A stretch of 53,883 nucleotides of DNA from Bacilli bacterium (lineage in GTDB: Bacteria; Bacillota_I; Bacilli_A; RFN20; CAG-826), in NCBI GenBank assembly GCA_045615545.1, contig JAZLFA010000032.1, forward strand, positions 1-53,883, in the 5' to 3' direction. The position numbers and the translations under genes are program-made. Position 1 is the first letter of the stretch, and each line of letters opens with the position of its first letter. The notes under the pieces were generated by a model that saw only the letters and a program-made list of their open reading frames with translations, made no database searches and was not told the DNA's origin. Positions 24,099 to 33,929 of this stretch are shown piece after piece.

Positions 24099-26129
24099 CT
24101 ATTTATCACTGTTAAGCATTGAGGCATCAATTTTACCCCATGCTCCATTACCAGCGCCTTCACATTCAACATGAATACCTACGGTAACTGTATCATTAGA
24201 AACTATATCAATACCTTTAATCCACGCAGTATGCCAATCATTATATGAAGTAATACTAAGAGGAGCGGTAGCAACTAATTCACCATTTACTTTGAAGTAA
24301 ATATAAACATCTGTGTTTCCAGCATCTCCACCCATAATAGACATAGAGAATTTATATTTTCCATCTGGAAGGTTTTTAACATCTTGTTCAAGATTAAAAT
24401 TCACTGTATTAGTATTAGCACTCCAGAAGTGATAATGTTTTGTGCCAGCTCCTTCGGGAGAATCAGTTGATTTATCTTCTACCCAAAGTTCATCAGCTTT
24501 TCCAGTTTCAATAACTTTCCATCCCTTTGGCACCCTAGTTTTATTTGCGTCTTCTTCAAATGAATCATTAACTAAATAGTTAAATTCAATCATATTAACG
24601 TAACAAGTGGCTTCCATACCACCCGCAACACCTTTAACGGTATAGACTTTTGGTCCATGCTTTTGCATATCAAGAAGTTCTTCGTCCGTAACATTCCAGG
24701 TAACATCAACTTGTTGTTTGCTATCATCGTTCATAACAGCATTAACTTTAGTTGGTAATACTGGTTTAACAGCTAAATCAACTTTAATAGTTACTGTTTC
24801 AATTGCGTCAGGTTTTATATCAATAACATTTCCAACTTTACATAAACCAAATACTTTAAGTGATTCAAGTGGATGACCAGTAGCATCAAAGAAAGCTTGG
24901 TTATCAACTGCACAACCACCATAATATCTACCAGCATCATTTGGATCATAATCTTTAGCATAGCTTGCTGCCCAACCAGAACCATATTTTTCCCATTTAG
25001 CAGCGTTTTCTTCATAGGAATTTGTACCAACACTAATCCAAGTACCTTCCCAATAAACAATACCTATACCATTAGTGGTTTTACTTACTGTTTCAACAAC
25101 ATCTCTAACAGAATTAGCTTGTCCTTGAATAGTGTATGGATAGTTTTGAACAACTCCTCCACCATCACCAATTGTATTTCCATAAAAGTCAGTATCTTGT
25201 AATGTAAAAGCATATGAGGTTTCAAGAACCATTACTTTTTTGTTATATGTGGTAGCGATTTCACTTAATAAAGAATTTAAGTTATCTAAAGTACCATGCC
25301 AATAAGGATAATACGATGAACCAAATACATCATAATCTAATTCATAATATGCTAATTTCTTTGCATAATCCTGGTAATTTGTTATTTTTTCAGGATTTGC
25401 AAAGTGTACTGCAATTAATGCATTAGGCACTACTTCACGGCATGCTTTAGCGCCACTTGCCATTAAGGAAGCAATGTTAAACCATATTTTTTCTCCGCAC
25501 ATAGAACCATTGGTTTCATTACCAATTTGAACCATGCCAATATCAACACCTTCATTTCTTAATTTTTGAAGTGAATCTTTTGTGAATTGATATAAGGCTT
25601 CACTTTTTGCATTAATATCCATACTCTTCCAAGCTTTAGGCACCATCTGTTTACTAGGGTCAGCCCAGAAATCACTATAATGGAAGTTAACAATAAGTTT
25701 CATATGAGCAGCTGTAGCGCGTTTACCAATTTCAATCGCGTTATTGATATCGCAGTTACCACCGCCATATCCTTTGCCATCTTTATCAAATGGATCATTC
25801 CATACTCTTACTCTAATGTAATTAATTCCTGCTAATGATAATGTCTCATATACATCAGCTTCTTTGCCTTCGAAGTTATAATATTTGACTCCACTTTTTT
25901 CTAATGAAGGAACTGCACTAGCGTCCATTCCCATAATGAAGTCATCACTTAAATTTTTCACCTTTTTGACATAGAGTGAATCACTGCCTATTGGTGTAAA
26001 TGAAGACGAACTAGATGTTTCGCCAGAAGAACTTATTTTTTCAGACGAGGAAGTAGACCCATTATTGTTACTACAGCCTGCTAAGCATAGCAAAAATAAC
26101 GGAATAATTGTCAAAAATTTCTTTTTCAT
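24099..26129 (-). CDS. secreted GH53 endo-beta-1,4-galactanase lipoprotein with C-terminal accessory domains
   Basis: Lipobox LAGC plus a Ser-rich linker. NFHYSDFWADPSKQ, QIGNETNG, SSYYPYWHG. About 300 extra C-terminal residues. RBS AGGAGA. Confidence 0.85.
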   Translation of the reverse strand: MKKKFLTIIPLFLLCLAGCSNNNGSTSSSEKISSSGETSSSSSFTPIGSDSLYVKKVKNLSDDFIMGMDASAVPSLEKSGVKYYNFEGKEADVYETLSLAGINYIRVRVWNDPFDKDGKGYGGGNCDINNAIEIGKRATAAHMKLIVNFHYSDFWADPSKQMVPKAWKSMDINAKSEALYQFTKDSLQKLRNEGVDIGMVQIGNETNGSMCGEKIWFNIASLMASGAKACREVVPNALIAVHFANPEKITNYQDYAKKLAYYELDYDVFGSSYYPYWHGTLDNLNSLLSEIATTYNKKVMVLETSYAFTLQDTDFYGNTIGDGGGVVQNYPYTIQGQANSVRDVVETVSKTTNGIGIVYWEGTWISVGTNSYEENAAKWEKYGSGWAASYAKDYDPNDAGRYYGGCAVDNQAFFDATGHPLESLKVFGLCKVGNVIDIKPDAIETVTIKVDLAVKPVLPTKVNAVMNDDSKQQVDVTWNVTDEELLDMQKHGPKVYTVKGVAGGMEATCYVNMIEFNYLVNDSFEEDANKTRVPKGWKVIETGKADELWVEDKSTDSPEGAGTKHYHFWSANTNTVNFNLEQDVKNLPDGKYKFSMSIMGGDAGNTDVYIYFKVNGELVATAPLSITSYNDWHTAWIKGIDIVSNDTVTVGIHVECEGAGNGAWGKIDASMLNSDK

Positions 26130-26151
26130 AATTTTATCTCCTATCTATAGA

Positions 26152-26610
26152 TTAATACTTTAATCTTTGATATGTAAGCACAAATGTTGTGATAGCGGTG
26201 ATGTTCAACCCTGCATTAAACATATCAAGCCATAAAGGTATTGTTAATGGCCCAGGTGCCATTACTTTAGCAAATAATACTAATATTGATAATATTGTAA
26301 GCACTAAACCAACTGCTAAAAAGAAGAAAGCAATAACATAAGTTGAAAATGGTTTAGTGGTAAAACCATTATACGCAATTGGTTCAAGAATTGAACTCTT
26401 ATTAGTTAATAACGCTTTTATACTAACAACAGCGAAAAAGCCGCATATAATAATATGAACAACCATATATATCATTTCAAAGATGCTATTGGTTATTTGC
26501 GAGTGGTTAACACTGTATTGCAAAATATAAACAAAGCTAGCAATACCAAATCCCATCAGGGCTAAAAACACTAGAGGCATAATAATAAATATTGGTCTTC
26601 TAATCATCAT
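26152..26610 (-). CDS. small polytopic membrane protein
   Basis: About 4 predicted TM helices. Start set at MMIRR behind AGGAGA. It overlaps the upstream stop. Confidence 0.6.
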   Translation of the reverse strand: MMIRRPIFIIMPLVFLALMGFGIASFVYILQYSVNHSQITNSIFEMIYMVVHIIICGFFAVVSIKALLTNKSSILEPIAYNGFTTKPFSTYVIAFFFLAVGLVLTILSILVLFAKVMAPGPLTIPLWLDMFNAGLNITAITTFVLTYQRLKY

Positions 26611-27706
26611 TACTCTCCTTTTCTTCTGCATCAGCGACAATCTTTTCTAAATCAATCTTTGGTTCCTTACGAACATAAGTTAAGAAGGTATTAGATAAAT
26701 AATCGTGAGGCATACGATATTCTCTACGATAGATAACAAAACAGATAATCGCGTAAATTGGTATAAAGATAAATTCTAAGATATATAAACTAGCATTAAT
26801 AAGTGGGAACATAACACTGATACCCCAAAGCAATAAAAATGGAATCATACGTGGAATTAATTGCCACTTTTTAATTAATTCACCATTAGGTTTAATCGTG
26901 CCAACTTTATCCAATAACATTGCAAATGTCTTACCATATTTAGTAAATAAAGGGACAATTAAATAACAAATCAATATAACAACAAAGCCAGAAATCATTT
27001 TAGCTACTTGGCGATATTTGTTAATAACTGCATCGTGTTGTTTAACATTTTCAAAAGAACCATAATTTTGGGCCATTACTTTATATACGTTTTGGATAAA
27101 GGCATATAAATAATCACTTTTAACGTCGCCCTTATCATCGAGAAATTCTGCTTTTATTGTTGCGACTTTACTTGGATCGGAGTCAATAAGTTCAAAATAA
27201 GAATTGGATTCATTTATTTTTAAAATATATTCATTAAACCAACTAACAGTATAATGTTCACTTGGTTTAGCAGTAACATTATCCACTAACACTTGAGTAT
27301 CATTTGCATATGCGCAATAGTTAAATCCTTCCACCACTTCGTTTCCAGTCATATAAGAGAGGTAATAATAGGCGATTGTATTGACGAACAGGTATTTGCT
27401 CCTTCTTGGTAAATAATCGTCTTCTACGCGGTCAAAATAGTGTTCTTCACCTATTTCTACAATGACATTGAATTGTTTATCATAATATTTGATTCCAGCA
27501 TATAGTTGTTCATTAGTTGCCCATGTGACATTTTCACTATAAGTAGGGATAGCAGGTAAAATAACAGTCAAAGAAAAAATAAAAGCGCCTAAAAACATTA
27601 CCATCGCAATAAGAAAATCAGTAAGCGCTAAAGAAAATCTAACCGTTCCCTTAATGTTTTGAATTTCGCCATGATCAAGATGGAGTTCTTCTTTTTTAAG
27701 TTTCAT
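26600..27706 (-). CDS. membrane protein of unknown function
   Basis: N-terminal TM helix, an extracytoplasmic ~200-aa segment, then C-terminal TM helices. Start set at MKLKKEEL, 7 nt downstream of TATAAT. Confidence 0.65.
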   Translation of the reverse strand: MKLKKEELHLDHGEIQNIKGTVRFSLALTDFLIAMVMFLGAFIFSLTVILPAIPTYSENVTWATNEQLYAGIKYYDKQFNVIVEIGEEHYFDRVEDDYLPRRSKYLFVNTIAYYYLSYMTGNEVVEGFNYCAYANDTQVLVDNVTAKPSEHYTVSWFNEYILKINESNSYFELIDSDPSKVATIKAEFLDDKGDVKSDYLYAFIQNVYKVMAQNYGSFENVKQHDAVINKYRQVAKMISGFVVILICYLIVPLFTKYGKTFAMLLDKVGTIKPNGELIKKWQLIPRMIPFLLLWGISVMFPLINASLYILEFIFIPIYAIICFVIYRREYRMPHDYLSNTFLTYVRKEPKIDLEKIVADAEEKESNDD

Positions 27707-27713
27707 TAGTACT

Positions 27714-27742
27714 ATTATATAGTAAAAACAAAAAAAGACCAA
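27714..27742 (-). promoter_or_regulatory. promoter giving a leaderless mRNA for the 26600-27706 gene
   Basis: Minus strand reads TTGGTC - 17 nt - TATAAT - 7 nt - ATG. Confidence 0.45.
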
Positions 27743-27756
27743 CCAATAGGTTGGCC
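27724..27756 (-). terminator. intrinsic terminator after the ABC ATPase gene
   Basis: GGCCAACC-UAUU-GGUUGGUC followed by UUUUUUUGUUUUU. Confidence 0.8.
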
Positions 27757-27774
27757 TTATTAATTTTACTTAAA

Positions 27775-29313
27775 TTATTTCTTAAGTAATGAAATTTCTG
27801 TTTCAGGATCAAATAATTGGATAACTTTACTTTCAAAAGTAATAAATAATTTGTTTCCTGGAACCATTTCTTCTCTTTCTTTAGCAGTAAGAGAAACAGT
27901 TGGAACTCTAACGATTAATTCGTTACCTTCTTTTGTAGTAACGTGAAGGTGTAATTCACTACCCATCATTTCGTTAACTTGGATTGTAACTGGAATTGTA
28001 TTTTCTGCTTTTCCTTTAGCAACACTTACGTGTTCTGGTCTAACACCAAGAATAACTTCTTTTGATTTAACACCATTTGCTTTTAAGTTAGCAGCGCGAT
28101 CACCAGTTAATTCAATCTTAGCACCGAATGGGTGAACGGTATATTTACCTTTTGATTCTTTAAGTTCACACTTGAAGGTATTCATCTTTGGAGCACCGAT
28201 GAATTCTGCAACGAATAAGTTGTCAGGACGATCGAAGACTTCTTCTGGAGAACCGACTTGCATAATGAAGCCATCCTTCATAATAACGATTCTATCACCT
28301 AAAGTCATAGCTTCAGTTTGATCGTGTGTAACATAGATAAATGTAGTATTAATCTTCTTTCTTAAGAGAATGATTTCTGCTCTCATTTGGTTACGTAATT
28401 TAGCATCAAGGTTACTTAATGGTTCATCCATTAAGAAGACTTTGCTATCTCTAACCATTGCTCTACCAATAGCGACACGTTGTCTTTGACCACCAGATAA
28501 GGCTCTTGGTTTACGAGTTAAGTATTGGGTAATACCTAAGATTTCAGCAGCATTTGTGACACGTTGATAAATCTCATCTTGACTCATCTTCTTATATTTA
28601 ACTGTGTCACTAACTAATTCTCTTTCGAGTTCTTTTAATTCTAATTGATGGAATTTAAGTTTTCCTTCAAATGAATATGTTTCATTAATGCCTTTGATCT
28701 TTTGTTGTGCCATTGTAATGTGATAACTACAAGCAGCTAAAGATGCATTAATTCTTTCAAGTTTACCGCTTGATTTAGTAGCAGCCTTCTTCGCTTCTAA
28801 GACAGCGATTTTATCTTGATTCTTTTTAATTTTTTCTTCAAGTGGAGCGAGACGTAAAGCGAGTTCTTCACGGTTTTCCGCTAATAAAGCTTCATCTTTA
28901 ATCTTTGCTTCAAGTTCAGCGATATCTTGTTTACAAGCTTCGATATCTCTTTTACATTGCTCTTTTTCCTCATCTGTTTTTGGAACAGTATATGGAACTT
29001 TGGCAATTCTTAGTGGGAATGCCATATTTTCAAAGACTGTTAAATGTGGATAAAGAGCGTAGTTTTGGAAGACCATACAAATGTGACGGTCTTTTGGTTG
29101 ATAGTCGTTAACGACTTCACCATCGATTTCAACAGTACCATCAGAAATATCTTCTAGACCAGCAATCATTCTTAATGTAGTTGATTTACCACATCCAGAA
29201 GGTCCGACGAAGACGACGAATTCTTTGTCTTTAATGTCTAAGTTAAAATCGTGAACGGCAGTAACGTTACCGTTATAAATCTTTTTAACGTTTGTTAATT
29301 TTACACTAGCCAT
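27775..29313 (-). CDS. MsmX/MalK/UgpC-type sugar ABC transporter ATPase with a ~140-aa coiled-coil insertion
   Basis: GPSGCGKST, VFQNYALYPHL, LSGGQRQRVAIGRA, FLMDEPLSNLD, VTHDQ. 512 aa, whereas my recollection for this family is ~370 aa. RBS AGGAGG. Confidence 0.9.
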   Translation of the reverse strand: MASVKLTNVKKIYNGNVTAVHDFNLDIKDKEFVVFVGPSGCGKSTTLRMIAGLEDISDGTVEIDGEVVNDYQPKDRHICMVFQNYALYPHLTVFENMAFPLRIAKVPYTVPKTDEEKEQCKRDIEACKQDIAELEAKIKDEALLAENREELALRLAPLEEKIKKNQDKIAVLEAKKAATKSSGKLERINASLAACSYHITMAQQKIKGINETYSFEGKLKFHQLELKELERELVSDTVKYKKMSQDEIYQRVTNAAEILGITQYLTRKPRALSGGQRQRVAIGRAMVRDSKVFLMDEPLSNLDAKLRNQMRAEIILLRKKINTTFIYVTHDQTEAMTLGDRIVIMKDGFIMQVGSPEEVFDRPDNLFVAEFIGAPKMNTFKCELKESKGKYTVHPFGAKIELTGDRAANLKANGVKSKEVILGVRPEHVSVAKGKAENTIPVTIQVNEMMGSELHLHVTTKEGNELIVRVPTVSLTAKEREEMVPGNKLFITFESKVIQLFDPETEISLLKK

Positions 29314-29331
29314 AATTTTAGCCTCCTAATA

Positions 29332-30207
29332 TTATCCTTTGACTGCGCCGCCGGTAACACCTTCGACGTAGTATTTTTGCAAGAACATGAACAGTAATGT
29401 AACTGGAACAGCGACGACAACACCACCACAACAGAACATACGGTATTTGTCACCAATCCATTTAAAGTCAAGCCACATGTTAAGACCAACAGCGACGTTC
29501 ATACCACTGGAAGTAACACCGATAACGTATTTTGCGAATACGAAGTCACCCCATGGGCCCATGAACGCAGTAAGAATGGTATAAATAACGATTGGTTTTG
29601 ATAAAGGTAAGATGACTTTAAATAAGACACCAGCTCTACTAGCACCATCGATACGTGCAGCTTCATCAAGAGACTTTGGAACTGTATCAAAGAATCCTTT
29701 ACTGACGTAATAGCCCATACCACTACTAGCGACATAGACTAAGATTAAACCTGGAATAGAATTTTCATGAGTTAATCCAAGGTCATTTAATAATCTGAAT
29801 AAGATGATCATTGTTAACATACCAGGGAACATACCAAGGACTAACATGAAGTTCATTAAGAACTTACGACCTGAGAATCTTAAACGAGATAAAGTGTAGC
29901 TCATACAGAGGACAAACAAAGTTTGAAGTGCTGCTGTAACTACTGCAATGATAAATGTATTAAGGAACCATTTTGGGAAGTCACTTTCAGTGAATAATCT
30001 CACATAGTGATCAAATCCCCATTGTACTGGAATAACATTACCACTCATACCAGTAACGGAAACATCAAATGATTGTAAAATGATGAAGATGAATGGAAGA
30101 ATCCAGATAATACTAATAGCTACTAAAAGGACATAAATGAGTGTATTTGCGGTTGTGCGTTTAGCACGCATTCCCATTCCTTGTTTTAATGTAGATTGTG
30201 CTCTCAT
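29332..30207 (-). CDS. carbohydrate ABC transporter permease (MalG-like)
   Basis: Six TM helices with an EAA-type loop (..LDEAARIDGASR..). The TAATG start overlaps the upstream stop. Confidence 0.85.
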   Translation of the reverse strand: MRAQSTLKQGMGMRAKRTTANTLIYVLLVAISIIWILPFIFIILQSFDVSVTGMSGNVIPVQWGFDHYVRLFTESDFPKWFLNTFIIAVVTAALQTLFVLCMSYTLSRLRFSGRKFLMNFMLVLGMFPGMLTMIILFRLLNDLGLTHENSIPGLILVYVASSGMGYYVSKGFFDTVPKSLDEAARIDGASRAGVLFKVILPLSKPIVIYTILTAFMGPWGDFVFAKYVIGVTSSGMNVAVGLNMWLDFKWIGDKYRMFCCGGVVVAVPVTLLFMFLQKYYVEGVTGGAVKG

Positions 30208-31736
30208 TATTGGAAATCCTCCTCATTTTTATTAGATGGTAATACGTTATAAATAATTAAGGATAATAAAGCAACTACTAAGAAGACCATAATACCAATA
30301 ACAGAAGCATAATAGTATTTAGCGTCTGTACCAGTAGTAATCTTGAATAACCAGGTAATTAATAAGTCAGTATGACCTGGTGTAGCTTCAGCGGTTGTTC
30401 CTTTAAATGTAGGACCACCACCACTCAACAAGTAGATAACGTTGAAGTTATTCATATTACCAATAAAGCTTGTTAATAGGTAAGGACCTGTAACAAATAA
30501 CATATATGGAAGAGTAATACGCCCAAATTGTTGGATGGAGTTGGCACCATCGATTTTACTTGATTCGTATAAATCTTCAGGAATATTCATCAAGATACCA
30601 GTAGCAATTAACATTAAGTATGGAATACCAATCCAAATATTAATCACAATAACAAGTATTTGTGCACGCCAGCCATTATTAACATCACCCCAGAAGTCGA
30701 TTGCTTCACCAAGCCAACCAAGGTCTAATAACCATTTGTTAATAACGCCGTTAAGCGCGAACAATTTAGAAACATATAGAAGGGATATGAATTGAGGAAT
30801 AGCAATGGTAAGAACTAAAATTGTTCTCCATACTTTCTTAATCTTAATTCCTTTCTTATTAATAATTAATGCAACAAACATACCTAAGAAGTAGTTTGAG
30901 AATGTGGCAAAGAATGCCCAGATTAATGTCCAAGCAAGAATTTCTCCGAATGTGGAGCCCATGCCACCAGCTCCACCGGATAACATCGTGTTGAAGTTAT
31001 CTAATCCAACCCAATGGAATAAATTGTTGTAATATCCATCATATGCTGCACTATAGTTAGTAAAGGCAACAAGAATCATGAATATAATCGGCATGACCGT
31101 AAAGATAAGAATACCCGCAATCGGTAATGCCAATAATGTTTTATGGAATTGATCATCGATAACAGAATGTAAATCTTCTTTACCACTTTTTAATGGTTTT
31201 CCAGAAGCAATGATTTCTTGAGAAATCTTGTTTTGCTTGATATTTAAGTTCCATGTGTATAGAACTGCAATCATAAAGAAAATTGAAAGAATAGAATAAA
31301 GGATAATTTTAAATGAGTTATCGTGATAAATAGTAATAAAAATATCATAAACTGGATCATAAATCTTCTCAGGTCCTTGAATACCTAAGGTACCAAGTTG
31401 AGAGAGCCAATGTCCGCCAAAGAAAATCATGTAGAGAATAAATCCAACTTCTAATGCTAAGAAGAGAATACCTCTACCAATTTGACCTCTGGTGATATTT
31501 CCAAATCCCATAATTACATAGGAAATTCTAGTTTTATAATCACCATTTCTAAATGTATTAACTAAATCGGCAAAATAATTACCGATACCAATGACAACTT
31601 TTTTAATAAATTGAAAAATGGTAATCAATAAATTTAATAGCCAACCAGGAATAGAAATGAAAAAACGACCTAAGTTATAGAAAAATTTTCCACCCTTAGA
31701 AAGTTTTAAGTATTGCAAATCACTTAGTTTTTCCAT
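30207..31736 (-). CDS. carbohydrate ABC transporter permease (MalF-like, long N-terminal extension)
   Basis: Polytopic, with an EAA loop ..YESSKIDGANS... RBS AAGGAGG. Confidence 0.85.
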   Translation of the reverse strand: MEKLSDLQYLKLSKGGKFFYNLGRFFISIPGWLLNLLITIFQFIKKVVIGIGNYFADLVNTFRNGDYKTRISYVIMGFGNITRGQIGRGILFLALEVGFILYMIFFGGHWLSQLGTLGIQGPEKIYDPVYDIFITIYHDNSFKIILYSILSIFFMIAVLYTWNLNIKQNKISQEIIASGKPLKSGKEDLHSVIDDQFHKTLLALPIAGILIFTVMPIIFMILVAFTNYSAAYDGYYNNLFHWVGLDNFNTMLSGGAGGMGSTFGEILAWTLIWAFFATFSNYFLGMFVALIINKKGIKIKKVWRTILVLTIAIPQFISLLYVSKLFALNGVINKWLLDLGWLGEAIDFWGDVNNGWRAQILVIVINIWIGIPYLMLIATGILMNIPEDLYESSKIDGANSIQQFGRITLPYMLFVTGPYLLTSFIGNMNNFNVIYLLSGGGPTFKGTTAEATPGHTDLLITWLFKITTGTDAKYYYASVIGIMVFLVVALLSLIIYNVLPSNKNEEDFQ

Positions 31737-31750
31737 AATACCTCCTTATT

Positions 31751-31784
31751 AATAAAATAGGCTGGAGCCTGAAGGCCCCAACCT
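31751..31784 (-). terminator. intercistronic hairpin/partial terminator between the binding-protein and permease genes
   Basis: AGGUUGGGGCCU/AGGCUCCAGCCU is a ~11-bp stem with G.U pairs, followed by AUUUUAUU. Confidence 0.6.
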
Positions 31785-31799
31785 TAAATAAATGTTTTC

Positions 31800-33326
31800 T
31801 TAGTTAGCAGGAACTAAAGTGACAACACCATTGCCACCATTTTCGTCAGTAACTAATTGGATGATGTAAGTACCATCGGCTTCAACTTTAAAGTTTTCAG
31901 ATGGGTAAGCAACATCCCATGATTTACCTTGACGGCATTTGAATTCATCACCGGCTTTTAATTCCATAGCGGCTGATTTCCAGGTGTTTGCTGGAGATTC
32001 AGTCATTGAGAAATCTGTATCCCAACTTGTACCACCAATAGAACCGATAACAGTGAAAGCTCTCTTTTCTTCTGGAGACATTGAGAATAAGTCATCAATC
32101 TTTTGTTTATAAAGATCTAAGGCTGCTTGATAATCGCCATCAGTTTTTGCGTCTTTAATATCGCTACCAATTGCTTTAGCAATATCCCACCATGAACCAT
32201 GAATTTGTCCTTGTGGAGTTGAGAATGGTGATTGAGCAGCTAATGCGACAAGAGCTGGGTTTGCTTTTGCAGCTGGAGATTGTTGAGCAACTTTGTTAGA
32301 TGGACCCCAACCTAATTGTTCTAATCTTTCTGTTTGGCAAGCTTCACCAGTTAAGTATTGAGCTAATTGATTTAAAGCAGCAGCTTTGCCAGCGTTTTGT
32401 TGTGGTTTAAGACCTAAAAGTTTGAAACCACTGTAAGAACCCATTTGGTAAGATTTACCATCAACAGAGAATGATGGTAATTTACAAGCACCAAGGTTAT
32501 TACCTAAGTCTTTTGAAGCTTCAGCATAGTCCCAAGTACCTGAGACGACAACTGCAGATGGTGTAGCAGCAGCGAAGTCAGAAGCTTTTGAGCTAGAAAC
32601 ATGGATACCACTATTTTGTAATTCGTTCATTCCTTTACAAGCAATGATACCTTCTGGTGAGTTAAATGTGTCATCAACAGAAGTGAATTTGCCATCAGCA
32701 TCAGTTGTCCAGTTTGAATGACATCCTGTGCCAAAGAAGAATGAAGCGATGTACCAGGCAGATGTGCTTGTTTCCATTGAGAAGTTCTTACCAGCAGCTT
32801 TACAGTCAGCAATGATATCAGTCAAGCTACCAAGATGTTCTTCTTTAACAACACTCCTGTCATAGTACATGAAGTAGCCGTTATCACTTGTTAAAGGATA
32901 GGCATATGTTTTTCCGCCAGTTTTTGCAGCAGCGACAGAACCTGCGTCGTTATTTTCAGCAACGAATGCTGTTGCGCCTTGACCTAATTCAGATAAGGCA
33001 CCGCCCATAACACCACGGGCTAATTGGTCTTGAGCGAAACAGAACATATCTGCACCACTTTCGACGTCGTTTAACATTTGGGTAATAGCATCAGCTTCAG
33101 AACAGTTTTCTAAAGTAGCATTGATGGTATAACCGCCATTGTTAGTATCGTTAAATGCTTTGATTTGGCTCTTGAATAATTCATGAGTAGCTTCATCAGC
33201 CCACATAACGATATCATAAGTTCCTCCAACTGGTTTGCTTTCAGTTGAGTCGCCACCGCCTCCACAGCCAGCGACACATAAAGATAAACCTAGTAAAGAG
33301 AAAGTTAGGATCTTTTGAACTTTCAT
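31800..33326 (-). CDS. sugar ABC transporter substrate-binding lipoprotein (MalE-like) with an extra C-terminal beta-sandwich-like domain
   Basis: Lipobox VAGC. Family 1 SBP length and layout, plus ~86 additional C-terminal residues. Start set at MKVQKIL behind AGGAGA. Confidence 0.85.
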   Translation of the reverse strand: MKVQKILTFSLLGLSLCVAGCGGGGDSTESKPVGGTYDIVMWADEATHELFKSQIKAFNDTNNGGYTINATLENCSEADAITQMLNDVESGADMFCFAQDQLARGVMGGALSELGQGATAFVAENNDAGSVAAAKTGGKTYAYPLTSDNGYFMYYDRSVVKEEHLGSLTDIIADCKAAGKNFSMETSTSAWYIASFFFGTGCHSNWTTDADGKFTSVDDTFNSPEGIIACKGMNELQNSGIHVSSSKASDFAAATPSAVVVSGTWDYAEASKDLGNNLGACKLPSFSVDGKSYQMGSYSGFKLLGLKPQQNAGKAAALNQLAQYLTGEACQTERLEQLGWGPSNKVAQQSPAAKANPALVALAAQSPFSTPQGQIHGSWWDIAKAIGSDIKDAKTDGDYQAALDLYKQKIDDLFSMSPEEKRAFTVIGSIGGTSWDTDFSMTESPANTWKSAAMELKAGDEFKCRQGKSWDVAYPSENFKVEADGTYIIQLVTDENGGNGVVTLVPAN

Positions 33327-33403
33327 TAAGTTTCTCCTTTCAAAACAAAAAGACAGCAAAAATGATATACAGTTTTCGTCTATTTGTTTAAATCCATAAT
33401 TTA

Positions 33404-33432
33404 ATTATAAACATATGTTTATTAAGATACAA
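33404..33432 (-). promoter_or_regulatory. promoter of the ABC transporter operon with an embedded 16-bp perfect palindrome
   Basis: Minus strand reads TTGTAT - 17 nt - TATAAT. ATAAACATATGTTTAT (33407-33422) spans the spacer and part of the -10. Confidence 0.6.
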
Positions 33433-33448
33433 CTATTTTTTTAGGCCA

Positions 33449-33481
33449 AAAAATATAGAAAAAGAGGAGCAATGCTCCTCT
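33449..33481 (-). terminator. intrinsic terminator after the small lipoprotein gene
   Basis: AGAGGAGC-AUU-GCUCCUCU followed by UUUUCUAUAUUUUUU. Confidence 0.8.
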
Positions 33482-33502
33482 ACTTATTCATATTGAATTC
33501 GA

Positions 33503-33928
33503 TTATTCACTAACCCAAACTCCATATAAGTTTACAGTTGTAGCCATACGTGAATCAGTGGCGAAATTCCATAGCAATGTCTCATCAAGACAGCCACTAT
33601 AAATAGACCATCCGAGAAATATTGAAAATGTAGGATCTCCGGCTTTTTCAGGACCTAAATTTTTACAATATTCAGGACATTCACCAAGTGGGGTGCTTGT
33701 ATACCATCTCATCATATAGTATGGGTTTTCTGAGTGGTTGTAATCCAAATAGAAGTTATAGGTTTGATTGGTCTTTTTAGAAGTAGATGAAGCATCCGAT
33801 CCACCCGTGGATCCACTAACGGGTCTACTTTCGCTAGTAGGAACAGAAGTTGAACTAGTAATACCAGTACATCCAGCAAGAATGAGAGAAAATAAACAAA
33901 TTGGGAATAAAATTAATTTCTTGTTCAT
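33503..33928 (-). CDS. small lipoprotein with a Listeria-Bacteroides (Flg_new-like) repeat
   Basis: Start set at MNKKLILF. Lipobox LAGC plus a Ser-rich linker. C-terminal FLGWS....LYGVW pattern. Confidence 0.65.
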   Translation of the reverse strand: MNKKLILFPICLFSLILAGCTGITSSTSVPTSESRPVSGSTGGSDASSTSKKTNQTYNFYLDYNHSENPYYMMRWYTSTPLGECPEYCKNLGPEKAGDPTFSIFLGWSIYSGCLDETLLWNFATDSRMATTVNLYGVWVSE

Positions 33929-33929
33929 A

